64,000 nucleotides of DNA from positions 38,755 to 102,754 of the forward strand of contig NIVC01002764.1 of NCBI GenBank assembly GCA_002269645.1, read 5' to 3'. Below are positions 1 to 13,149 of the stretch, in pieces. The stretch's first letter is position 1. Each line of letters begins with the position of its first letter. The notes under the pieces are model-generated. The model was given only the letters and a program-made list of their open reading frames with translations, did no database searches and was not told the origin of the DNA. The translations under genes and the position numbers were made by a program. This stretch comes from Macrostomum lignano. Taxonomy: Eukaryota.

Positions 1-565
<565 letters not shown>

Positions 566-586
566 CCCCTCTGCACCCCAACTCAC

Positions 587-3013
587 GCTAGTGATCACAT
601 ACAAGAAGGTACTCCAGTACCGGATAAATTTGTTATTATATCGCAGCTCCAGGTACTGAAATGTTAAGTGGATTTCGTACGTCTGATTTGATGAATTCTA
701 TCTTTTGTTTATAATATCGTCTATACAGAAAACTGTCTCTAAAAGATTTTCGGGGGTCACTTGACAGATCGGAAAGTCTCAAATCCAGTTTGGGACATCT
801 TCTGGGCGTTAAGAGGGTGCAGCGTCTCTTGACTGTTTGGACAGGTACCTACAGGGGTGCCAGGGATAACTTCGGTGGAGCCTTGGGAATGTCTAACGCA
901 GCTCTGAGCAAACAAAAGCGAAGACAACAATACCTCGTAGATGCTGGTGATCTGCAGCGGGTAGAACAGCGGCACGAACGTGAAGGCGCTGACTAAGCAG
1001 GCCAGCGCGATGCCGATGCCAGTGAGGTTGTAGTAGCTGCCGAAGTAGAATATCTCTGCTGGCGAGCCTGGCAGGGTGTGGGTTGGAGCAGGTCGTCTCA
1101 GGATAATTCCATTGCAATATTATGGCAATGCGCTGCCTTAAAAATATGGGTTCAAGCTTACTAAATTCGCTCTGTTTAATTTTGTATACGGCTTCGTAAT
1201 CTTAATGCCATAATTTATCTCCTCAGGTTTTTAACTGGCTGTCTGTCAACATGTACCTGTTAATCTATCTACCTGCTCATCTATCTACCTGCTTATCTAT
1301 CTACCTGCTTATCTATCTACCTGCTTATCTATCTACCTGCTTATCTATCTACCTGTTTAATCTATCTACCTGTTTATCTATCTACCTGTTTATTTATTTA
1401 CCTGTTTATCTATCTAACTGTTTATCTATCTACCTGCTTATCTATCTACCTGTTTATCTATCTACCTGTTTATTTATTTACCTGTTTATCTATCTAACTG
1501 TTTATCTATCTACCTGCTTAGCTATCTACCTGTTTATCTATCTACCTGTTTATCTATCCACCTGTTCATCTATCTACCTATTTGTGTATCAATCTACCAG
1601 TCGCACCATTCCTTAAGCACATTGGAGTGTCAGAGTTTCCGGTCCAGAGCATTCAGAAGTCCCTGGTTCGCACTGGTAAAACACTAATTAGGTCACATGA
1701 GAGCATGTCACATCGAAACATTTTTAAACGCTTTTAATTAGCCATAATGAAGTTTCTCCGCTGCAGAATATTTCATATAGCTAAGCTTTAAGGATGCCAC
1801 CTTGGCCTCGGGTGCACACCAGCTCATGGTTCCACACAGATAAAGCACGAACCGGGGCACATTGCTCTGATTGCGCTTCAAACAACAGAGCCAGAGATAA
1901 GAGACCCCCCTCACTGTCAGCGTGGTACCAGCAAGTAGAAAAGCTTTTGAAACACGAAAGACGTTCAAGTAGCAGGCAGTTTAGAGAGGAATCCTGCAGC
2001 ATGTAAAATGATCCCTAACGCTCTCTATTGGGGCGAAAATGCACCCTGTGTACTCAAACGAACAACCTACGTATGAGTTGAGAAGAATATTGCCCACCCC
2101 AGAATACTCAGTGCACTGCAGACAGGCCGCCTACTCTCAGCCCAGGCTTCTCACAGTTTTCTCAAGCTTCTAAATTTAGATTGAGCAGTCATTAGAACTG
2201 GCTGTCTCCTTCCCGCCTTGCCTTCAGTGTACAATGAATGTCACTTTTAAAGAATTTTGCTACGCAGGCTGGCTTAGTATTTTTACAGCTAGCAATACTG
2301 ATCATGCTGAAGAACTGCTTTAGACTGCTCATACAGGTGGCTGCGACCGCAGTGTATACAGTAGCATCACACCTAGAGACTGATGGAGATCAGGATTGTG
2401 ACACCAAGGAGGGAGAAAGAGAAGGAGAGGCGACGGTAGGAGGGGTGAGAGAGTAGAGGCTGTGAGTAGAATGTTTAGGGAGAGTCAGCTGCTGGAGGCT
2501 ATGAGAAGAGTCGACAGGGGTGAGAGTCGACAGGGGTGAGAGTTGACAGGGGTGAGAGTTGACAGGGGTGAGAGTCGACAGGGGTGACAGTAGGCAGGGG
2601 TGAGAGTAGGCAGGGGTGAGAGTAGGCAGGGATGAGAGTAGACAGGGGTGAGAGTAGACAGGGATGGGAGTAGACAGGGGTGAGACTAGGCAGGGGTGAG
2701 AGTAGGCAGGAGTTGAGAGGGGTGAGAGTAGACAGGCAGGGGTGAGAGTAGACAGGGGTGGGAGTAGACAGGGGTGGGAGTAGGCAAGGGTGAGAGTAGA
2801 CACTACTCGACAGTACTAACCCAGCAGAGCCACAGCGGACCAGAATGACACCAGAATGGAGATGGCCACGGGCAGCAGTCTCATCTGCCTGTTGCCCATA
2901 ACGTACTCCTTGGTGGATTTCTGCCTGCCGCCAGTGCAGGAGGTGACGATGCCGATGCCGACGGAGGCCAGGCAGATGACCGCGATGAACGCATAGTCCA
3001 CTGGGTGCATCAT
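587..3013 (-). CDS. SLC5-family sodium:solute symporter (SMVT/SMCT-like), first three coding exons; gene continues beyond window start
   Basis: Exons 3013-2821 ([21 protein letters not shown]...[32 protein letters not shown]), 1067-934 ([13 protein letters not shown]...[15 protein letters not shown]) and 655-587 ([23 protein letters not shown]). All introns are GT..AG with consistent phases. The motifs EY.MG.R.M...P...S....S and F.P.FY.L..TS.YEYLE.R are characteristic of SLC5A6/A8/A12. The exact paralog cannot be assigned. Confidence 0.93.
1240..1600. repeat. Compound TCTA/TACCTG(C/T)TTA low-complexity tandem repeat
   Basis: Repeated atctatctacctg(c/t)tt units; explains the spurious ORF 1251-1616. 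Confidence 0.9.
2455..2810. repeat. About 16-bp G-rich minisatellite (gacaggggtgagagta) in SLC5 intron 1
   Basis: Roughly 20 degenerate copies beginning about 10 nt from the splice donor at 2820. Confidence 0.9.
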
Positions 3014-3577
3014 GGCTGAGCGTTGTGTCTCTGAGGTGCTGAGTTTTCAATGACGGATTCGGGAAATAAGACGATTAGATATAGAGCGATTGCAATGGCC
3101 AGACACTTTGTATTGCCCGGTGAGCCATTAGAATCTGCCATTGGCTCCCAGCCTTGCAGCAAATGAGGGGCCAGCAGAGAAAAAATGCCTGTTCCAATCC
3201 AGACAGCAAGTTAATAATTACACACGAAAAAAGTACTGCGCGTCCAAACCAACGGAGGAGAGACTGCTGCTGGGAGCCACTTCAGATGCAATCGTCTCAG
3301 ATATGCTTCATCTGGCAGCGAGTTGTCTTCCACAGAAATTATCTTGGGGAGTCGTGCGGTGAGAGCACTCAAGGGTCAGCGCAATGGGCATGACTGCTAA
3401 CCACCGTTGCATTTGCAACACTTTTCAGCAGCCACCTCGAGTACCGACTTTTATGAACTAAAATGAAATATTTTAAGCAGCTTTTATTGGGGCTTTAAGT
3501 CATAAAAATGTCTAGGCCTGCTTGGATTTTCTATTTGAAAAATTCCTATAGACTCTCTGGGTGCCCGCGAGAGCCTC

Positions 3578-3775
3578 AACCCCACTCCATTTCCTCACTC
3601 TTGCACACCCAGCCCACTCCATTTCCTCACTCTTGCACACCCACCCCACTCCGTTTCCTCACTCTTGCACACCCACCCCACTCCGTTTCCTCACTCTTGC
3701 ACACCCACCCCACTCCGTTTCCTCACTCTTGCACACCCACCCCACTCCATTTGCTCACTCTTGCACACCCAGCCC
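3578..3775. repeat. 32-bp minisatellite (cccactccgtttcctcactcttgcacacccac), about 6 copies
   Basis: Direct tandem copies visible in the sequence. Confidence 0.9.
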
Positions 3776-4980
3776 ATATGCACGCGGTTGTTTTGTCTTC
3801 CGCAATCTAGTTTTCCCTTTCTGTTTTTTGTTCTCGCTAATTTTCTCTATCTTTTCGCATATTTCTTCCATTGTTCTCAAACCGTACCCCTATCTACCAG
3901 ACTCCCTGAGTGATGTCACATCCTACCTGAATTCACCCACCACCTCGATTTCTTTTTTTTTAATTTTGCACGCGATCCCTCGTAAAATTTCCTTTTTAGC
4001 ATGGCACAGTGACGCCAGACTGTGAGTAGCAAATCGAAGAGAGCTGACACGGCAACGGCTTTGGAGGGCGTCACGTGACCGACCATGGCACTCTATTTTT
4101 AAAGCTAAGGATTCACTGTTGACCATCCCAGCATCAGCTTCATCAAGACAGCAGCGACAGCCTGCTTGCAGTATCAGAATCAATTGCGGGGATGCTAAGG
4201 ATTCATTGGTATTTAGCTCTGGAGATTAAAAAAATTAATAGAACTTGAAGGAGAGCAGTTTCCTATGTCCGGTTGGGATTTTGGAATCAAAGGATTCTAA
4301 GAAAATTAGCGCTGACAGTCAGAAGTCAAGTATTTTTGCTTTTCTCTTAACTGGTAAACGATGAAAAGGACGCAACCACAGACAGTGCGGCATTTCGCTC
4401 AGACTAGCAACTTTATTGCCACGGTAGAACTCAGTGCATAAAAACAAAACAAGAGCCACAATCGCTGCTAACTGCAAGCAGAAGAAAAGCTGGCGGACAG
4501 AATAAAGAAGAAAACACAAAACAAAAATAATACAGCTTATAATCAAACAGGATGCGGGCACGAGGCATTTTGATTAATAAGCATTTTTTAAACTAAAAGC
4601 AAAAAACAACATGTCGTAAACTCTACTCGCTACTCGGACAGTATAGTAGAATAATACGCTTTTTTGTTAAAACACGGAAGATTTGTAAAACAATGCTGGC
4701 AGAAAATAAACAGAACAGCCAATTTCGAAAACGAAATAATAAACCGCAAGGGCGGCCTTGAAGCAGGTGGTGCGTATGCTTTGAAACTGACAGATTTTAA
4801 ACAAACTGGCTCTACTTTAATTGGAAACTTGACTAATGAAGTTGATTGAATAACTGCGATAAATCCTATAAATTACTCTTATTATCACCAGCTCATAATC
4901 TGCGAATAACTGAATAAGAGATTAAACAAAATATAATGAGAATGAGTAAAACTGAGAGACAGGGGATGAAGAGGGTGAGG

Positions 4981-6335
4981 AAGAGGGGGGGGAGAGGGGG
5001 AGGAAAAGAGGGAGGAAGAGGGGGAGGAAGAGGGGGAGGAAGAGGGGGAGGAAGAGGGGAAGAAGAGGAAGGGGAAGAGGAGGAGGAGGAGGGGAAGGGG
5101 AGGAGGAGGAGGAGGGGAAGGGGAGGAGGAGGAGGTGGAAAAGGGGAGGAGGAGGAGGAGGAGGGGAAGGGGAGGAGGAGGAGGGGAAGGGGAGGAGGAG
5201 GAGGAGGGGAAGGGGAGGAGGAGGAGGAGGGGAAGGGGAGGAGGAGGAGGAGGGGAAGGGGAGGAGGAGGAGGAGGGGAAGGGGAGGAGGAGGAGGAGGG
5301 GAAGGGGAGGAGGAGGAGGAGGGGAAGGGGAGGAGGAGGGGAAGGGGAGGAGGAGGAGGAAGGGGAGGAGGAGGAGGAGGGGAAGGGGAGGAGGAGGAGG
5401 AGGGGAAGGGAGGAGGAGGAGGAGGAGGGGAAGGGGAGGAGGAGGAGGAGGGGAAGGGGAGGAGGAGGAGGAGGGGAAGGGGAGGAGGAGGAGGAGGGGA
5501 AGGGGAGGAGGAGGAGGAGGGGAAGGGGAGGAGGAGGAGGAGGGGAAGGGGAGGAGGAGGAGGAGGGGAAGGGGAGGAGGAGGAGGAGGAGGGGAAGGGG
5601 AGGAGGAGGAGGGAAAGGGGAGGAGGAGGAGGAGGGGAAGGGGAGGAGGAGGAGGAGGGGAAGGGGAGGAGGAGGAGGAGGGGAAGGGGAGGAGGAGGAG
5701 GAGGGGAAGGGGAGGAGGAGGGGAAGGGGAGGAGGAGGAGGAGGGGAAGGGGAGGAGGAGGAGGAGGGGAAGGGGAGGAGGAGGAGGAGGGGAAGGGGAG
5801 GAGGAGGAGGGAAAGGGGAGGAGGAGGAGGGGAAGGGGAGGAGGAGGAGGGGAAGGGGAGGAGGAGGAGGAGGGGAAGGGGAGGAGGAGGAGGAGGGGAA
5901 GGGGAGGAGGAGGAGGAGGGGAAGGGGAGGAGGAGGAGGAGGGGAAGGGGAGGAGGAGGAGGAGGGGAAGGGGAGGAGGAGGAGGAGGGGAAGGGGAGGA
6001 GGAGGAGGAGGGGAAGGGGAGGAGGAGGAGGGGAAGGGGAGGAGGAGGAGGGGAAGGGGAGGAGGAGGGGAAGGGGAGGAGGAGGAGGAGGGGAAGAGGA
6101 GGAGGAGGAGGGGAAGGGGAGGAGGAGGAGGGGAAGGGGAGGAGGAGGAGGAGGGGAAGGGGAGGAGGAGGAGGAGGGGAACGGGAGGAGGAGGGGAAGG
6201 GGAGGAGGAGGAGGGAAAGGGGAGGAGGAGGAGGGGAAGGGGAGGAGGAGGAGGGAAAGGGGAGGAGGAGGAGGGGAAGGGGAGGAGGAGGAGGGGAAGG
6301 GGAGGAGGAGGAGGGGAAGGGGAGGAGGAGGAGCA
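4981..6335. repeat. About 1.35-kb near-pure polypurine tract, (GGA)n-GGGGAAGGG units
   Basis: Almost only G and A on the + strand; produces the spurious G/E/R-rich and P/S/L-rich ORFs. Confidence 0.97.
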
Positions 6336-7529
6336 GGGGAAGGGTAGCAGAACAGAAAAAGAGAAGAGAGGATTAGATGAACCGAAAGAAAAGGTAAAGG
6401 AACAAATTAAAAAGGAAGATATGTGAAGAAAATAGGGTGAAGAGAAATATAACACAGTTCAGCAAAAAATTATGCAAAGGTTGCCTCCATATTATACGGT
6501 GTAAGTTAGACCATAGACCAATAATAGACCAACATTTTAACAGTAAACAGTTATTCACTACACTGGGCAAGAATACATAAAATACCTGTGCTCAGGCTAT
6601 AATTATCAATACTACGACACAACAAATTTACTCTGATTGACAAGCATTCATACGATTTCAGACAGACAGACAGAGGGCATGGGTGGGACAACTATAAAAG
6701 CACAAAAAGACACAAAGTAAGGATCATGCACGCAATTTTAGACACAACATTGAGAAAACTACTGCTTGATCTTCCCTTGGTGGCACAAAATTACCTTCAA
6801 CCTTAATTATTAATTGCGATTAAATCACATGACCTGTTTATGCACTATATAACCGCAAATAGATCGCGTGTCCGTACACACAAGTCTTAGAGATCACCCA
6901 GTCGTTTCTATTGGACGAGGCAGTTGTCACGTGATCACTCAGAGCCAATAGCGACGTTTGTTGACACTATTTTGCTAATATAGATAAACAACTGCACGTA
7001 CTTTAATTAATATTGTACCATTGATCAGTTCAGACCATGTGACCTTTTGTTGACAGACAGATCAATAGATTAGGAAAGTAAAATAGCTTGCGTACGCGTA
7101 GATTAATATAGGAACAATGAGTATTGCGACTCGTATGATTTATTTCCACAAGTTATTTGATCAAGTGAACTGTAAATAGTCGATCAATATTAAATAACAT
7201 GCTAACTAGAGGCCCACTAAGTTGTGACTTACTGGTAAGACGGCTTGTAAAATGCTAATAAAATTATCAAGGGAAAAAGCAATAGCCAATAAACTGATTA
7301 TCGACGGTTTGAGAAATTAAAACAAAACGTGTTTACCCGTGTAACCTTAAAAACAAAAAACAGAAGAGATGCTTAGACTAGTTAAACACAAGCAGATCAT
7401 TAGATAAACATCTCAGATAGCACATATTAGAGATAATAACGTATGATTTGATTCGATTTAATTGGCGACAAAAATCGATTACATATTTTCAGATTAGCCC
7501 CGCCAGGGTCCTTTGCTAACACGCCTGAC

Positions 7530-8150
7530 CCCGGCCCGGCAGCACAGTCAATTAGAATCGGCCGCCAACCCGTAAATCGTGCATAGCCAATTAGAATCGG
7601 CCAACAACCCCAAAATTGGGTATAACCAATTAAAATCGGCCGGCAACCCCTAAATCAGGCACAGCCAATTAAAATCGGCCAAAAATCCCTAAATTGGGCA
7701 CAGCCAATTAGAATCAGCCGCCAACCCCTAAATCGGGCCCAGCCAATTAGAATCGGCCGCCAACCGTTTAATCGGACACAGCCAATTAGAATTGGCCGCC
7801 AACCGTTTAATAGGGCACAGCCAATTAGAATCGGCCACAAACCCCTAAATCGGGCCCAGCCAATTAGAATCGGCCGCCAACCGTTTAATCGGACACAGCC
7901 AATTAGAATTGGCCGCCAACCGTTTAATAGGGCACAGCCAATTAGAATCGGCCACAAACCCCTAAATCGGGCACAGCCAATTAGAATCGGCCGCCAACCC
8001 CTAAATCGGGCACGGCCAATTAGAATCGGCCGCCAACCCCTAAATCGGGCACAGCCAATTAGAATCGGCCGCCAACCGTTAGCCCCCGACAGAACCAATT
8101 AGAATCGGCCGACGGCCGCTACCCCAAATCTAATCAGAGCCAATCAGGGA
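7530..8150. repeat. 39-bp minisatellite (gcacagccaattagaatcggccgccaacccctaaatcgg), about 14 copies, downstream of the SCAMP stop
   Basis: 13-aa periodicity in the translated ORF (GWRPILIGCARFR); each unit carries AGCCAAT. Confidence 0.93.
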
Positions 8151-8174
8151 AGCAGTCAGCACACGATTGTCAAA

Positions 8175-11100
8175 TTAATAGCGACCGCCGCCACCGCCGC
8201 TACCGCCACCGGTGAAGGCGGACCGGGCAGACACGGCGGCGGCGTCGGCAGCAGCTCCGCGAACAGCTTCGTTGGCCAGCACGCCTTGACTGAACTCCTG
8301 GCGCGCTTTGGCAAAGCTGGCACCGGTGCTTCGGTAGATGCGGTGCACCTGCAGAGCGGGCAGAGCGGGTTGCTCAGATAGAGAGTGAGGAGAAGACAAG
8401 GTACATGAAAAGGTTGAATGCTCAATTAAGAGCCGAGGCCTCACCCGGACCAGCAGGGCCATGTCCAGTCCCGCTAGGGCAGTGAAGCACAGCGCAATGA
8501 GCAGCATGAACATGCCAACTGCTGTGCTCTGCTTCATCATGACGAAGGCGTTAATCCAGCCGCAGCTGCCCAGATAGTCGAGGCCCAAGCACTGGATGGC
8601 CAGGATGCCAAACTGGACGAAGAACATCACGAAGAATAGAAAAAAGTTGAAGCTGCTGTCGTTTCTGAAATGGTGGTTTTTTATTCGATATAAACCAGTT
8701 AGGATCAGTAAGGACTTTACGAGGACTCTATGCTCAACTAGAGGATTCAGATTTTTTATTGAGGGTTTAAGATAAAATTGAGGATGACAACTTCCCAGCA
8801 ACTGAGAATTTGGAAGGAGGGTGACGGTGGCCCAGCAACTGAGGATCTGAGAGGGTGGCGGTGGCCCCAGCAACTGAGGATCTGAGAGGGTGGCGGTGGC
8901 CCAGCAACTAAGAATCTGCGAGGGTGGCGGTGGCCCCAGCAACTGAGGATCTGCGAGGTTGGCGGTGGCCCCAGCAACTGAGGATCTGCGAGGGTGGCGG
9001 TGGCAGACCAGCAACTGAAAATGATCCAGTGAGGGAATCTGAGAGTCCGGAAACTCAGCCTGAGCGCTCACTTAAAGGCCTTGTACAGCGGGCGGAACCA
9101 GCACACGTAGGAGGCCGGTACGAATGCTACGCAGACGATTAGAGACACGCCAAAGACGGTGCCAGCGTTGGTCTTGCCCGCCTGCACGCCAATGAAATAG
9201 GCCAGCGTGCCAAGAATGTTCACCAACAGTAGGCACACGTGTGCCAGCCACAGGTAGTAGGACAGGCGCACCAGGGAGCGGAACTCCGACGGGATGTCCA
9301 CGTCGATGTCCTGGTAGAAGCAGGGGCCCACCGGGGAGAAAGCTGGCAGCGGTGGCCAGTTGTTCTGCCGAACTGCGGGGATTCGGGATGGTGGAGAAAG
9401 CAATCAACAGTATATATTTTCTTTGGCTCATTAGGCTGCAAGATTTTCATGATAAGTCGCCTGTTTTTAAATGAGAAATGATTGGCGAGTCATCGCTGAG
9501 AATCTGAGAAATGATTGGCAAGTCATGCCTGAGGATCTGAGAAATGATTGGCGAGTCATGCCTGAGGATCTGAGAAATGATTGGCAAGTCATGTCTGAAG
9601 ATCAGAGAAATGATTGGCAAGTCATGTCTGAAGATCTGAGAAATGATTGGCAAGTCATGTCTGAAGATCTGAGAAATGATTGGCAAGTCATGTCTGAAGA
9701 TCTGAGAAATGATTGGCGAGTCATCGCTGAGAATCTGAGAAATGATTGGCAAGTCATGCCTGAGGATCTGAGAAATGATTGGCAAGTCATGCCTGAGGAT
9801 CTGAGAAATGATTGGCAAGTCATGTCTGAAGATCTGAGAAATGATTGGCAAGTCATGTCTGAAGATCTGAGAAATGATTGGCAAGTCATGTCTGAAGATC
9901 AGAGAAATGATTGGCGAGTCATCGCTGAGAATCTGAGAAATGATTGGCGAGTCATCGCTGAGAATCTGAGAAATGATTGGCAAGTCATCGCTGAGAATCT
10001 GAGAAATGATTGGCAAGTCATGTCTGAAGATCTGAGAAATGATTGGCGAGTCATGCCTGAGGATCTGAGAAATGATTGGCAAGTCATGTCTGAAGATCTG
10101 AGAAATGATTGGCAAGTCATGCCTGAGGATCTGAGAAATGATTGGCAAGTCATGCCTGAGGATCTGAGAAATGATTGGCGAGTCATGCCTGAGGATCTGA
10201 GAAATGATTGGCAAGTCATGTCTGAAGATCTGAGAAATGATTGGCAAGTCATCGCTGAGAATCTGAGAAATGATTGGCAAGTCATGCCTGAGGATCTGAG
10301 AAATGATTGGCGAGTCATGCCTGAGGATCTGAGAAATGATTGGCAAGTCATGCCTGAGGATCTGAGAAATGATTGGCGAGTCATGCCTGAGGATCTGAGA
10401 AATGATTGGCAAGTCATCGCTGAGAATCTGAGAAATGATTGGCGAGTCATGCCTGAGGATCTGAGAAATGATTGGCGAGTCATCGCTAAGAATCTGAGAA
10501 ATGATTGGCAAGTCATGCCTGGGGATCTGAGAAATGATTGGTGAGTCATGCCTGAGGATCTGAGAAATGATTGGCAAGTCATGTCTGAAGATCAGAGAAA
10601 TGATTGGCGAGTCATCGCTGAGAATCTGAGAAATGATTGGCAAGTCATCGCTGAGAATCTGAGAAATGATTGGCGAGTCATGCCTGAGGATCTGAGAAAT
10701 GATTGGCGAGTCATGCCTGAGGATCTGAGAAATGATTGGCGAGTCATGCCTGAGGATCTGAGAAATGATTGGCGAGTCATGCCTGAGGATCTGAGAAATC
10801 ATTGGCGAGTCATGCCTGAAGATCAGAGAAATGATTGGCGAGTCATGCCTGAAGATCTGAGAAATGATTGGCGAGTCATGCCTGAGGATCTGAGAAATGA
10901 TTGGCGAGTCATGCCTGAAGATCAGAGAAATGACCAACGAGTCTCTCACATCCGCCAGCCGGACCGCCAGGACCAGATGAGGCCATCTCAGCTTCCCTCC
11001 GTCGCTGCTCCTCTTCGCGGCGCTCAAGTTCGCGCGCTTTCGCTTCTAACTCTCGCTGGCGCCGCTCCAACTCCTCCGAGGTGATGCGCTGCTGAGCGCT

Positions 11101-12231
11101 GGCGCTGTAAGCTGGGGGCGGCTGTGGCTGTTGCTGCTGCTGCGGCTGGTAAGGAAGAATAGCCGGCTGTGGCTGCTGCTGGGGCTGTGGCTTTTGCTGC
11201 TGCTGCTGCTCAGCGCTGAATGGACTGAACTCGTCCATGGCAGCGCGTGTAGACGAAGGCTGAGAACCTCTGGCCTGCTGCACAGATGGGTCCTGCATTT
11301 GAATGTTGAGATCTATTAGGTTACTAATTTATACATTTAAAATATAGTTTCAAAAAGTTAGCATAGGTATACATACTCATTTTATTGATTTGATTGATTT
11401 TGAGTAATAAAGTATTTATTTCAGATAGAGAATCAACAAATATCAATCAAATTTGAAATAAAAATAGGTAAATTATAACTAAATATTAATAATTTTAAGA
11501 TAATGATTATTCAAATGTGTAAGTGACAAAAAGTTGATATATTTTGTCATAGAAATATAATGGCTCAATCCCATAAAACATTGATTTGATATTATTCTCA
11601 CTAGCTAAAGAATATGTGTTCAAAATTATTTATTGTAAAAAAATTATTTTTAAATATTATATAGGCTAGTATCCTATGCTTTATAAAATTTTTTGAATCC
11701 AATATATTGAAACTGACATAAAAATATTGAAATATATTTTGTTTATATTTAGCTGCAATGTAAAATATTGGTAAAAGCAAGATAAATGGTTAAAATATAA
11801 TAATTACAAATAATATTTGGCAAACTTATAGGCCTAGATATATTTATATTTTATACCTTTTATCAACATCTTTTATTATTTGAATATCCATCTACTTATT
11901 GTAAAATAGAAAAAATACACAATCATAACCCAGATTGAATTCAATAGTTATAAAGAAATTCAATTCCAACCAAATTATGCACATCCAAGACTAGTCCAGA
12001 CTACTTTTATACAAATGAAAACTAGTCTAGACTCCAGACAGGGACCAATGCAATATTTAAAAAATATTGTATATTATGCACTTATGCATTATAAAAAATA
12101 ATCAGATACGCTGTTAAAATTATAATAGAAACCTCCTATGAAGTAAAAAAACTTACCGAAAATGGACTTGTATTTGTATTTGCTTGCATCTGTTTATTTG
12201 GGTCAGCAAAGGGATTGTCAAAGTTAGACAT
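8175..12231 (-). CDS. SCAMP: Secretory carrier membrane protein (SCAMP), complete, 5 coding exons, 370 aa
   Basis: Exons 12231-12157 (MSNFDNPFADP...SPFS; missed by the ORF track), 11292-10950, 9372-9072, 8664-8445 and 8348-8175; total 1113 nt, all GT..AG with matching phases. Contains the NPF motif, a coiled coil (EELERRQRELEAKARELERRE), NNWPPLP, PCFYQDI, the E-peptide CWFRPLYKAF, NDSSFNFF, four TM segments and VHRIYRSTGASFAKA.QEF. Confidence 0.96.
8790..9020. repeat. 34-35-bp minisatellite (ggcggtggccccagcaactgaggatctgagagggt), about 6 copies, SCAMP intron 3
   Basis: Direct tandem copies. Confidence 0.9.
9470..10935. repeat. 33-bp minisatellite (ctgagaaatgattggcaagtcatgcctgaggat), about 44 copies, fills SCAMP intron 2
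   Basis: 11-aa periodicity (LRNDWQVMPED); three interspersed unit variants; the array ends about 15 nt from the donor at 10949. Confidence 0.97.
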
Positions 12232-13149
12232 AATACCGTTTCCGAGGTACGTTTAGGTATAAGACGAAGTAAAGTATGAATATGTTTCGAGTATTTACTG
12301 CGCAAAATATTTAATGTTTAAATACTTGGACATAGATTTGAACATAGAATACGAATGAGAGGAGAATAATTTTCTAGTTGCTTTCAGGTGAAATCTACAT
12401 GAAAACAAAAAGTTAAAATCTAAATTGTACAATATAACAAACTTTCTTAACATTTAAAGAATTTAAAGTGAATAGCGTTTTAAGAAGTTCATGAAAATGT
12501 GTTTTAAACTGTTAAATCTCGTCCTCTTAAAGATTATTATATTAAGAGCCATGTAAGTGCGATAATTGAAAATTTTGTGGGTTCAATATTGAATATCCAA
12601 TCTGCATCAAAATCGCAAATACAAAATGCAAATAAAAATCACCCAATATACTAAAAAGGAGTCATCTGCTAAGATCATCAGAAAGAGAGACTATCTTGTG
12701 ACTCTCTTAATATTATATTTAGGCTGTTATAAAGCTTCGTTCAGCAATTCACAAGCCCTTTCGTACATACTATAAATTAGTATTTAGAATGTATTCTATT
12801 TTATGCCTTTATACTAAGGAGTAACTTCGAATAGACTGTTGTTAAATATAAATTATTTTACCTTATTTTCTCAGCCTGTTCAAATTAGTTCGTTTTTTAA
12901 ACGCGATTTATCAAGTTTTTTAAGTTTGTAGCAAATTAGCTTTTATTGCTTAGTGCTTCAATAACTATCTATGAATTTTATGGTTATTATGGTCGTTACA
13001 TATACCTTCAAACGTGTCTATGCAAGGGGTTGGCATATCTGAAGCATACGCTTCATATTACTTGGTCGCTCTAATAGTTAGTTTCAGAATTTTGGTTTTC
13101 CAGTCTACTATTCATTATTTGTTTTTTGATTCTAAGATTTATTGATTAA

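Noticed and set aside
1740-2006. Possible decayed non-LTR retrotransposon 3' fragment ([19 protein letters not shown])
   Set aside because: Only a short resemblance recalled from memory, with no RT motifs nearby; it needs a tBLASTx/Dfam search.
3141-3393. Short + strand ORFs upstream of SLC5
   Set aside because: No recognisable domain and no partner exons.
4893-6455. About 500-aa G/E/R-rich and P/S/L-rich ORFs
   Set aside because: They are translations of a polypurine repeat with no unique coding sequence.
4065-6945. GTCACGTGA(C/T) CLEAR/E-box palindromes at about 4071 and 6926
   Set aside because: Isolated 8-10-mers are expected by chance, and no TSS evidence ties them to a gene.
9447-11084. 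526-aa and 357-aa repeat ORFs
   Set aside because: They translate a 33-bp minisatellite inside a well-defined SCAMP intron.
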